Shown: piece after piece, positions 1 to 11,100 of the stretch
How the letters are laid out: each line of letters starts with the position of its first letter
Numbering within the stretch: the stretch's first letter is position 1
DNA from: Phoronis australis
Taxonomy: Eukaryota > Animalia > Phoronida
Assembly (NCBI GenBank): GCA_002633005.1
Contig: NMRA01000205.1
Span: 1 to 64,000 of the forward strand
Reading direction: 5' to 3'
DNA length: 64,000 nucleotides
Made by a program: the position numbers and the translations under genes
The notes under the pieces: model-generated
Told to the model about the DNA's origin: nothing
The model's database searches: none
What the model saw: the letters and a program-made list of their open reading frames with translations, nothing else

Positions 1-7
1 TAACTGC

Positions 8-403
8 AAACAGACGATATCTCTTTGAACGAAAATTTGATGTCTCCTTCAACCAACACTTACGGCTATAGAGCCTATTTGGGAACATTGTTGTCTTACG
101 GAAGCGAGGTCATTTGACAAATCTACGACCTTGTTTTCGATAACGAGACAGAATTACGAGGACGAAGGTAACTACATAGAACGTCTGGACTCCGCCGGCG
201 GCAACACGTTGTTTGCTTTTGATCTGACCCCTGACCTATCGGATGGGGGTTATTTTAATCTCATAAAACACGGAAATCTCTGCTTGGAAGTTCATTTCGC
301 ATCGGCACTGCCTTCTACAATGAACACCGTTTGTTATGCCGAGTTTGAAAACATTGTGGAAATTGACAGACCTAGAAACGTCTTGTTTGATTTCACACCA
401 TGA
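8..403 (+). pseudogene. Polinton major capsid protein remnant, internally deleted
   Basis: The first ~110 nt encode DISLNENLMSPSTNTYGYRAYLGTLLSYGSE (N-terminal-half motif). This is joined almost directly to the C-terminal motif NTLFAFDLTPDLSDGGYFNLIKHGNLCLEVHFASALP..YAEFENIVEIDRPRNVLFDF. Confidence 0.85.
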
Positions 404-700
404 AGACTCATCAGATTACTGCGATTCTAGAAACCGATGACTTCGTGGCACCGGTCTTTGGCAGTTGTCTTGCCAGTGATGAATTGTACAGCCTAGGTGT
501 CGTTTCACATCCGAATGCTTACGTTTGCAACTACGATCCTAGTCACAAACCTGGAACACACTGGGTGGCTATTTATCTAACCCAGGATAGAAAAAGGAGA
601 ATATTTTGACTCGAACGGCGTGTCACCGCTTACAGACCACTTGCAAGATTTTCTCGACAGAAACACGAATGGATGGATGGATAACGCAGACCAGACAGCT
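400..700 (+). pseudogene. Polinton adenain-like cysteine protease, frameshifted and truncated
   Basis: NYDPSHKPGTHWVAIY is followed, after a frameshift, by GEYFDSNGVSP. The start overlaps the capsid stop (ATGA). Confidence 0.85.
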
Positions 701-2149
701 TCCTAAACCCGCTACAGGAGCCTTATTAAATTTAACAAGAGTAATGATATGAACTTGATAACGGACTGCAGGATCTTTGTTAAATTTAGCAAGCGTATAA
801 GTTGACAACAGGGGACGACGACTTTGAGACGGATCCGGCGAACTTTGTGCCCCTAGTGTCAATTTATTTTTTTCCGTTTTCCTCTGTTTCTCTGAATTCC
901 TTGACCGATTTTTATGAAATTTGGTAAAATAGCTTTCTAATAAGAAAAACACAATTATGCGTTGCCGTTTTTGGATGGATTTGACTTTTTTGCACCATTC
1001 AGTGGCCATTTTTAGATCCATGCAAGCATACAGTTTGCGGTGCGTTCGTGGGTTCAGTTTAACTCTCCGCGTTGCTCTTGTTATGACTTTTGGTAAATAG
1101 CTTTTTATTAAAGACACGATGACATTTTCCTGTTTTAGGGTGAATTCGATATATACTCCTCTACCTGGTGTTCATTTTCACTGTTTTCTAGTCTCGTTTT
1201 GCGTCCGCCCCTCTGTCCTCTGAGGATGATTTTGAAAATTTGCGTTTATGTTTCTATTGTGAAGAGGCCGGCTGATGAGGATTTTCGAACGACTTGGGCT
1301 ACCGTGGCGCCTCTTAGTGGTTGCATGTCCCAACCCATCTGCAGGAAACTTATTTATTTAACATCATCCCTAGGCGCACACCGTTTGCGGTGGAGTCGTG
1401 GGCGCATTTTGACGTTCCGCGGTGCTCTTGTACAAGAAGTTTTGCCCAGTAGATTTAGCGTAATTGAAGTGGCAACTTATGAAAAAATAACCCCAAGGAC
1501 AATCGAAGTAAGAACTAAGTCATATTTTACGCAACTGGGTGAATCTTACATTTTTGAAGAGTGTTGCGTTTTAAAAGATGTGCCCGCCGGGTCGCGCATT
1601 GCTGCAAGATACTTTCGCCGTTTCATTTTTTGGTGCCCTTATGGTATTGAAATGGAATCGTGACAGAACTTTGAAAATAAAATTAACAACATATTGACTG
1701 CCCAGTGATTACCTAGAAATCACGAAACCAATCGAGATTGAACGAAACCATTGCCTAGGATTTAAGGGAAATCGTCAGTCAACGTGAAACCTACAGTCGA
1801 TCGTCGTCAAATTGCAGAAATTTAAATACAAACACCTTGTTCTACAAAACGGAAAAAGTCTTAAGACACCAGCTATAGTTTTCTTGAGGGTTTCATTGAA
1901 TCTGTCAAGAAAAAATACAACATCTCAAACCACTCTTGCTGAAGTACGGGTGAGAGGGAAAATTTGCTTTCTGGTGCTACAATAAGCTACGCGTAGAAAA
2001 AAGTTATATATATGAACATACAAAACAGAACATCGTTCTCATTTCGTTTAATAACGAACAGGTTTTCGGGCGAGGGCTTAAAACATGAACATGGAACACA
2101 CACGGTCTGGAATCTAAATTGAAACTTGATTAGACAAGATTCATGTAGG

Positions 2150-2350
2150 CACGATCTGATGAACGAGCTTGTGGGATTCACAGAAACTGACCAAAACAAA
2201 ACAGCCAGTGTAAACATGTATTTGGAGGTTTGGTAGCATTTTAAAAATTCCAGAGTTTAAAATGCATATTATGGTAGATGCTCAGGAGGTGTTGCCGTCT
2301 TAGTGAAAGCATCATTATCTAAGTAAGTCATCAAAACATTTTCTGATTAT
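2150..2350 (+). pseudogene. LINE AP-endonuclease fragment, 5' part
   Basis: Motifs ELVGFTET and GRCSGGVAVLVK, with stops. The reading continues after the Academ insertion. Confidence 0.65.
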
Positions 2351-5300
2351 TAGTCGGTGGGCCAGATCTCATAGCGTTCATCCTTGTGAGTACTTTAGGG
2401 GGGCAACCTAGTTTTTTGTATGTGGCTAGATAATATACCTTTAAATCAAATTCCAAAAAGTTCCCACGTCTACACTTGCACATTTTTTTAAAAAAAGGTG
2501 TTTTTGTTGCACAAAATACGATGCACATTCCTGCCACTTGGTGGCACTTTTCTATTGAATTGACCAATCAGAGAGCCAGATTGTATTGTTGTGCTTAGTT
2601 ACTTCAATATGGCTGCTCCCATGGAGTGTGATACCTGTATAATTCAAGGTTTATCAAACAGCACAAAATTGTGATGTCGGAGCCTAAAGAAGCTTAGGAA
2701 AGCTTTCTGACGAAAGCTGATGGACTGCGGAACTCTGCAGATAAGTAGATCAAAAAGAAGAGGTGGTCACAAACGTTTGTGCAGAAAACAGCTGGATGTC
2801 CTGGTATAGCCTGTAGACTAGAAGACCAAGTGTCAGACCAAAAAATTGAAAGGACATAGAACGGCATAGCAACGTTTCAAGGCACCAGCAGAAGTACTAA
2901 AGCTTCTGAAAGTGATACAGATGTTATCCAAGATTTCCCAAGAAAATCAATAATACTTCCAAAATCTGAAACACCCAATTAACCTGAACAAGATAGGAAC
3001 ATTCTGAAACATGAGTGCATCATTTGTTAGCAGGAAAAGTATATTGTGGACCATATTTCAAGACAGAGAAAGAAGTATAGGTACATCATGGTATTTTCCA
3101 TGTGTGTTTCAGTATTATCACCAGTTGTTTTTTTAACTTGTTCAGCCCATTGGCTGCCTAGGCCTTAGACAATACCGCTGACCCAGGTGAGACGGTGGTC
3201 ATACCGTAGGTGCTCCATATGCCGGATGCTTTTCGGCAAATTATGTTCCTATAAGTTTAGAAGTACTGCATAGAGAGATGCCTCTGAGCAAGTCGTTAAA
3301 GTTTTCATTTGTTCCCAGTTTAAACAAATACTCCTGCAATCCTGTTTTTCGAACACGCTATTGTTCAGTTGCCACATCGACACTGCTTGCGCTAAGGGAT
3401 AATCATATGGCCTTATACTGTGGGTGTGAATTTAAGGCACTTTAAGTCAAAAATTTTTGAGAAGATTAAATAGAGTAGATGGTTGCAAACCACATGCCCA
3501 AGTGGCCGTCATCCCCTGCCGTAGTCCTGGGATAGGGGGAACCTCTTCTCAATTTCTTGTAAACATTAATTACTTAGGTAGCTGCAATGATAATTAAATT
3601 AAAGTGCCTAAGTGGCCATCGTCGCCGTCGTAATTTGAGGACGATGGAAGCCACTGTCCATTTCGTCAAAGGTCGATTACCATAAGTAAAAATCGATTGA
3701 TTATGGTTTGAGCATCTGATTTAAAAAAATTAAATTTCAATCACTGCACTGGTATATCAGCTGATTTATTTTCAGTTGCATCAACTAATCTAATTTTCAG
3801 ACGATCAACATTTTTAGGCGACAGATCAGATGGCATGTAAATGTGTTCCTGATAAGTCCGTCTGAAAAAGTTGCATGCCAACTCACTCATAGTTGAATGT
3901 TAAATTAGTGTTAACGTTTCGGGTTTTTTCAGTTGGACTTGTATCGCAAGCAACAGCTCAGTCCAGAGCCCTGAATATGCAAATGAAATTCAAATATAAA
4001 GACCTTGTGTTTTAGAAGCCAAATACCACAGATCATCATGCTATAAAAAATAGAAAGACAACGATTGTGAAGAGTGACTAATCCACAGTTTTCAGAGATG
4101 TTCTTCTACAGTTTTGTTTGGAGTTCATTGAATCAAAGCTTCTAACACAAGGATATGTCATTTGCCTTTCAAAACTAAAGCGAGACTTTGAAGCTGTTCT
4201 TCAGAAAGCTGGTGTGCATGAAGTTATTTGGACAGGCAATCTTAAGAAATATTGTTGAAGCTACTCACTGTTGTAGTTTGTGCCCGACTAAGAGTTACGA
4301 AAGTGAATTGAGGCTAGTGTTCAATAATTCACTTGCTGACTCTAATTAACACAGCCCATTATAGCATATTTTGAATCAAACGTTTGCCCAAATCCTGCCT
4401 GCCTCCAAACAAGGACTTAGTGTTTGACCCTTCATTGCCTGCGAGCCAATCACCAGTGTGCGATGCTGTACCCTCTCTAATCGACCATAGTTGGCTCCTT
4501 GGCGGTGGAGCTTTGCAGTTAATATGTATGGCAATGTCCGCATCTCCATTGACAGTACTAAACGATGAACGCTGCAAGTGCAAAAAGAACATGTGTGCTG
4601 GGAAACTGAGTTTGTGCTGCAATGCTGGGTCAAACTGTACAAAAATGTGCAGCTGTGACAACTGTAGTAACATCAGCAACACTGACTGCATAACATTGGA
4701 TAGTTCTTTGACAAGTCAACCCTAAATAGACCTCCAACCCCGTTATTTCGGGTTTTTTGTAAAAGTTAATTTTATTTATTGATTAAGTCATAGAAAGTAC
4801 ATACTTTGATCATTGTCATGTATTTGTCTCATACTGCTTGATAAACGCTGTCAGAATAATCTGTTATTTTCATACAGTCTGTGTGCACATTCACAGAGAT
4901 CATTCATTTGTACTATAATGTATTTCTGGTGTATTATGCAAACAAGCTTTATTTTACACCATTAGTCAATGTTTTAGTCATTGAGGCACAAATTCTGCCA
5001 AGTCTCAAGTGTTTTGTGTTATTTTTGTTGCCAGATAATGCCAGAATAATTTCCTAGTAACATTCAGACTTAGTTTGCATTTTTGCCACTAGGTGTCTCT
5101 TTACATTTTTTAAATTTCACTGTTTACAATTAATCTACAATAGTGAAACATGAATTGTGAGTGTAATATTGTTCAATACAATGGCACTGATGGGACCATG
5201 TTACTTGTTTTACAAAAAAGTCACTAAAACTGCTGTTTTTACAAATATAAATTTACTAAGCTCTTTGGTGATTATTAGGTAACTTCAAACTCAAATTTCT

Positions 5301-5448
5301 CGAAAATGTGCAACTTTATATGTGGGAACTTTTTAGATTTTGAAAACACTCTATTAAATGAATTAAAAACACCAAAATAAAATTGCCCCCCTAAAGTACT
5401 CACAAAAACCATTTTCTAGAGGCCCTACAAATTCTGGCCCACCGACTA
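2351..5448 (+). mobile_element. Academ-type DNA transposon, internally deleted and decayed
   Basis: TIR TAGTCGGTGGGCCAGA / TCTGGCCCACCGACTA, plus a subterminal inverted GTGAGTACTTTAGGGGGGCAA, and a 3-bp TSD TAT. Remnants include CIIC, DLV..EAKYH..CY and a C-terminal Cys-rich finger (4384-4725, CKCKKNMC..CCNAGSNCTKMCSCDNCSN). Confidence 0.8.
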
Positions 5449-5451
5449 TAT

Positions 5452-5830
5452 CCTGACATGATAAGAATTGTTTGTCGAGCTTTCAAAACAGACAAAAACT
5501 GGGCGTACTTTATATTTTGATTCATGTTGCTTCATAATCAGCTACTGTTTCTAGCAATGCGCATGGTGGCGGTAGTTTGAAGGTAGAAGAAGATTGAAAT
5601 TACATGTATCACTCAGTTACAAGCTACTTTAATGCGCGAGGTGCATATAATACTGACTACAGACTTTAACGCTAGGACTGGCTCATCCACAGATTGTATA
5701 TTAGATGATTTTTTGATATTCCTAGGGATTCACTTGATGGCAATGTTAACAACTTTGGGAGATGATTATTGCAGTTGTATAAAACGCTTGGTATTCACAC
5801 AGTGAATGGATGATATGAGAATGAAAGACA
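5452..5830 (+). pseudogene. LINE AP-endonuclease fragment, 3' part
   Basis: IILTTDFNARTG and RDSLDGNVNNFGR*LLQLYKTLGIHTVNG match the GDFNARTG...N..G..L...C....NG pattern. Confidence 0.7.
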
Positions 5831-5860
5831 CCAAAACTAGCGATCACTATGTTTTAAAAC

Positions 5861-6791
5861 TTATTGACGGACTATTGTAATCATACATAACTCGTATTCA
5901 TATATTAAGTCTAAACGCCCATTCTAACTTATAGTGTTGCGCCTAGGAAAATTAAGTTCTACTGAAATTGGAATATTGGTAGCTGACGCGTGTTAATTTT
6001 TGCTTACGAAAACAAAATAAAAACAAATATTGGAATAGTCGGAGTTCTTTATAATAAATTAACCCACCACAGATATAGTGTTGGTACAAAACCTTTAGAC
6101 AACTTCAGAGGATGGTTCATCTACAAAATAAATAAGATAAATGAAAAACAAAAACACGGGTATTTAAAAAGGGTTTCGAATATTCTGTATAGACGGTTGG
6201 TCAAAAACAACGAAAGGCTGAATATTACGTACGCGAAACGAAATTTAAACGGCCAGCTAAGAGTAGGGTTAAGCAAATGACAACTCACCGCTAGCACAAG
6301 GATGGAGCATGGACTTTATTGCGAATTTGTTTGATAAAGACACTAAAACTAACGATCGATGTGTTTCAGAATTTGTCGACGGATTAATGTAATCGCAACT
6401 CGTATACATATATTCAAAGTCTAAACGCGCATTGTAACTTATCGTATTAGGCTACGGAGATTATTAGATTGAAATTGATAAATTGGTAGTTTGCTTACGG
6501 AAAAAGAGAATAAAAATTTTGAAATAATTGGAATTGTTTACGATAAACTCACCACAGAGGTAGTGCGGGTGACAAACCTTTATACAACTTCAGAGGATGG
6601 TTAACATAAAATAGACAAAAATAGTAAAAAAGCTATTGAATGTTCAATATTGATTATAGACGATCTACAAAATGAAATAAAAATATAGAGTATAGACGGT
6701 TGGTCAAAAACAACGAAAGGCTGGATACTACGTGCGCGAAACGAAACTTAAATGTCTGGCTAAGAGAAGCAAATGATAACTCACCGCTAAC
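5861..6791 (+). repeat. Diverged tandem duplication inside the Polinton (about 5861-6295 and 6372-6791)
   Basis: The units share blocks such as AAGTCTAAACGC, ACAACTTCAGAGGATGGTT, GTATAGACGGTTGGTCAAAAACAACGAAAGGCTG and AACTCACCGCTA. Confidence 0.8.
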
Positions 6792-8129
6792 TCGCAAACT
6801 TTGATCTCGGAATAGTTTGTGTAATCAGTCGTCTCTTCGGTTTACTTATATTACCGAGGTATTTTTATAAACTTTGCGTAGCACCTAATAACATAAAGAC
6901 AATCATTTATTTGCGACGCGTGTATGCCCAGACGTGTTTGTGTCAGCCTATATTTTACGTGATGATTATGTAAGATTTGTCAAAGCTCAGACGGTGCTTT
7001 GTGTGTATTTGTGTACGAAAACTTGACGTCACACTTCGCATTCATCCGCTTTTATTCACTTTTGTATGCCGTTAGTAATTCTCGGTTAAACACGAAAACT
7101 TCCTTTTCTCTCTTAGTTGGTCAGACTATTTCCAACACTATGTATACCTACCAGCAAGAGAGGTGCGCGTTCACCTACTGTTATCCCAAACGACAAGTGT
7201 TCGACGACGGCGTCACCACTGGACCTTTGAACATTTAATTCGGACATTTGATAAATTTGCTATAGACTACTTTTCTGAACGTTTTGATAATTTTATATTC
7301 GGATGATTTTTGTAGTGTTGGTTTGTCATTAATACACGTTTAAACGCTATCGGTTTTATGTTCTGTGTGAGCTGGTCGCTTCTTATTAGTATGAGTACGA
7401 TTCGCTTAGTACCGTCGGGGCCAGGGTTAGACTTTACGCGACATCTGTTGTTGGGTTGGGTGGTTATCCCCTTTTGTATATGCCTTTGTTTTTGATGAGA
7501 CAGAACACACAATATACAACGACGACACTCGGCGCACACGAAATAAGGTAATCCACGTTTTGTTCTTATTCAGCATCCCTCTTTTGTTTCGATTCTCGAT
7601 CCGTTGCTAGGAGCCGCAAAACGGGCATCGAGGTGCCTCTCTAACGGGTCCACTTAAACCTATTACGTCATGAGGCGTGACGTCATTGACACATCCGTCC
7701 GGTAGGCGGATGCTGTCCCTTCCGATTGCAGTTATCCTACGTGACCTTTGACCTTTCACATGGATGACCTTTGACTGAGACCCTCAAAACGTGTCGTCTA
7801 AATGACTTACTATACTACTTGGCAGCATCTTAACGTTCAGAACCCGCAATTAGGTGATATGTAAGGATAGTCTAAAGGTATTGGATATTTTGTTGTTTTT
7901 TTTTCAAATCGTCTTGTAATGAATTTGATATTGCTTCATCTATATCACTATAACAAATGGCAAAATATACAGCGATCGGCTGCGTTTTTAGAACCAAAGC
8001 TCCAGCAAATCAATTATGTTTCGCACCTTTCACCTTTTGGGAAATAGAAAAGAGACGTAGGCCTCCTGCATAACTCCTTGTCAGTTGTTTTTCATGCATA
8101 AAGATGCGACAGCCAGTATACGCGGGCAT

Positions 8130-11100
8130 ATGGACGCCCAAGTATCTGCAATGGAGTCGGGAGCTATTATCGGAACCGTCTTAAGTTGCCTTGGTGGTCT
8201 GATGGCGACTTTCTGCGGGGTTGTCTACTGGAGAGAGAGCATTCGGAAGGAGTCACAGTTGCGGTAAGTTAAACAGTACAGTGCCTGGGTATCCTGCACG
8301 TGCACTTAGCTCAGTTTTGGTATAAGATTTATTTTTAGTAGCTTCTGCAGTCGGGTAATTGTGTCTATGAACAATTTTAATTGAAATTTCAACGTGCATT
8401 GATCCAGTCGACCAAGCTGTATAAGAGAGTACCAGCCGTTGCTAGAATGTAAATGTAATGTGTAATAGATCTGCATTACCTCACGCTACACAACCCAACA
8501 CTACGACATTTTTGGATCATAAAAGATATACTCTTTTATAATCAGGGGTTAGTTTGAGAACCAATTGTTATTGCAGGATTCTTTTATGGTTCGGGGTTAG
8601 TTTGAGAACCAGTTGCTATTGCAGTGTTCTTTTCCGATTCCGTCGCAGGAGCCAGATTGTCAAACACCAAGTATTTTACGAAATTGCTTGTATTAATGCT
8701 CACGTGTTTTTGGTTACAATACGTCCGAGTTTGATTGTTGCTGCTTTTTCCAAAATTACGTCAGTAAGACTAAGTTTCTGTCTTACAGGTATTATAGGTA
8801 TACAACTCTAAAGTCACTTTCATGAAACAGAACCCTGGTTCCTTGTATCGCGAAATTCTGTAGGCTGTACCAAATCGGCATTTTAAAAGACCTCTTCAAA
8901 TAAAAAATGTCTCGTAAAATTCTGGAGTATTTAAAGTAATAAATACGTTGGTAAACTTTTGCTTTCAGAATTGACGTCCTCACAGACGACAGTGCGCCAA
9001 TTAAAGAAAGGCCTCAAGACAGTCGTTTTGAAGACACAAATTGGCAATGTGACTCGAAGCCTCCAGCGGTAACTGTTTCAATTCTGTTACTAACAAACAT
9101 CGGTGCTTTAAAAGCTATCGAAATCGTCGTTCGTAAACGTAGAACAATGCCGGTAGTTTCCTTAGTGTGTTCCTAACCAATATAATGGGTCATGAGGTGC
9201 ACTCGTGTAAATATTCCAGGTCTGCATCAGTGGGAATCAGCCGTTGTAAAAACCAAGAGATTCCAACCCCTCTATGAACTTGACAAGAAGAAACAATCGG
9301 GTTCAGGCCTTGATACGCCGTAAAATGTAACAATTTCGTAAAATGTAACAATTGTTACATTTTATGTCATTGTTACATTTCATGTTCATAGGCCTCTCCT
9401 AAAATGTAACAAGTTGTTACATTTTATGAAATTGTTACAATTTACGTCGAATGCACATGCGAGAAATGCACCGTTATCACATTTTACGAAAGCGACGTCA
9501 TATTTCATCAGGAAATTTGTTGACACACTTGACGCCTTTTTTCTCAGATTGTGTGAATGAAATAGCGGAGTTGCAAAGCCGCCATATTGGAAATGAGTCT
9601 GAATGTTGTATTGTGGTTATGCCAGTAAACAAGTACGTCGGCAAGCGTGGGGGCGAACCGGCCACAGGGAGGTTATACGTGTTGTGTGTCTGGCTGCTAT
9701 AATACCAGTTAGCGAGATAAAGAATTTAGTTACTACCTGTTTCCCAAAGATCAAGAACTCGGTTAAAAATTGGTCAGACACATCGGTAGAGCTGGTAGCA
9801 AAGGCCGACTCAGTGAATTCTTTCCGACTTCGTAGCATAAAGTATGCAGCGCTCATTTTGAGGGCGGCAAGAAAACGTATCTTGGGAACTGAAAAACAAT
9901 ATTTCCCTTTAAAGAAACAGTAACAAATACTCCACGGCGGATGGAAGTGAAAAAAACTTGTTTTCGCTTTACCAGAACCAAGCCAACATGAACAATTGTG
10001 AGGATTATGCCTCTGCGCAATCACCTGTTCAGGGTCGACTCACTTAACGTACGCACGCTACGTGCATTGACGCGCTAAGATAAAGCGTGCAGAATATAAT
10101 TATTTACTTTCTACAAAATTGTGGTGCATTGCTACCAAAATTCGTTGTTAAATTACGATCATTTTTCAGAAAATTGTGCTGAAATCCCAGGGCGAAATCT
10201 CGCCGACAAATGCGTAGCTGCCGGTCTCGCAATCGTCGATAGGGCTTGAATTCTTGAATAAGAATGCAGCTTCGACTCAACAAATTACCTGAAATCCTCC
10301 TCAAGTTTTCCAAATAGCGTCTCTAAGATTTTTAAGTTCTTGTGGAGTCTGGATTAACTGCAGATTAAGTCCAAATCTGCGCTAGATTGTAGCCCGCAAC
10401 ACGAGAAAAATCTCTGGAGGAACACACACGTTGTTGTCACGTGACTTTTGTTTTGAAGTTTGTATAGACCCAATTCACGCCGACAGGAGGCGCGTTCCAA
10501 AACGAGGCTCGCTACGATAGCTCTGTTGGCTTATCGGCATAGTTGTATTCCTGATGCTTGAACGGCTTGAAAAAATACGGTCTCTCAACTGTCTGTTTTC
10601 TCTAAAAACGTTGAGATTCGAAGCGTTGGGTCGTTGCCATGCTATGAACATTCCCACTAAATAAGATTGGTTCTAACCCCAGTGGTTAAGGTAAACGGTG
10701 GGGTATAGAAAATTGAACTAGACCGTATTTATCCACCTTGGCTGAGTCGCGCTCGGCTCAAAGGGATGCCGCCAAGCTGCTCTAGTCATCGAGTCACGAG
10801 CGAGGATAATTGGCTTCGCTCATGCGGATAAGATCAGCTGATTACAGTCTAGCTAGTAGACTGTACTTTTTATGGAGAGAGTTTTAGGTAGTTTTTACTG
10901 TAATATTTGAAAAGAGTAGCGAAAACAAATATGAGTACAACTTTGAATTTTTCAAATCGGCCCAGGATAACAGATTTTGCAACACAGCAACACTCACTAT
11001 TACTTTCATTCGGCGCGCACTAATACAAAATTATAGGACCCAAGTTATTTAAATTTTGGAACACATGCATTGCAATATTCAAAATACGTTTATTATGAAT

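Larger units (their letters stand above)
1..7819 (+). mobile_element. Decayed Polinton/Maverick, right portion including terminus
   Basis: A capsid-like fragment is followed by an adenain-like protease. The region ends in ...TTACTATACTACT (7819), the reverse complement of an AGTAGT-type Polinton end. TGACGTCA and TGACCTTTGAC motifs lie just upstream (7660-7775). The left end is outside the window. Confidence 0.75.

Noticed and set aside
4384-4725. Metallothionein or tesmin-like host gene
   Set aside because: The Cys-rich peptide lies inside the Academ TIRs, where the transposase C-terminal finger is expected.
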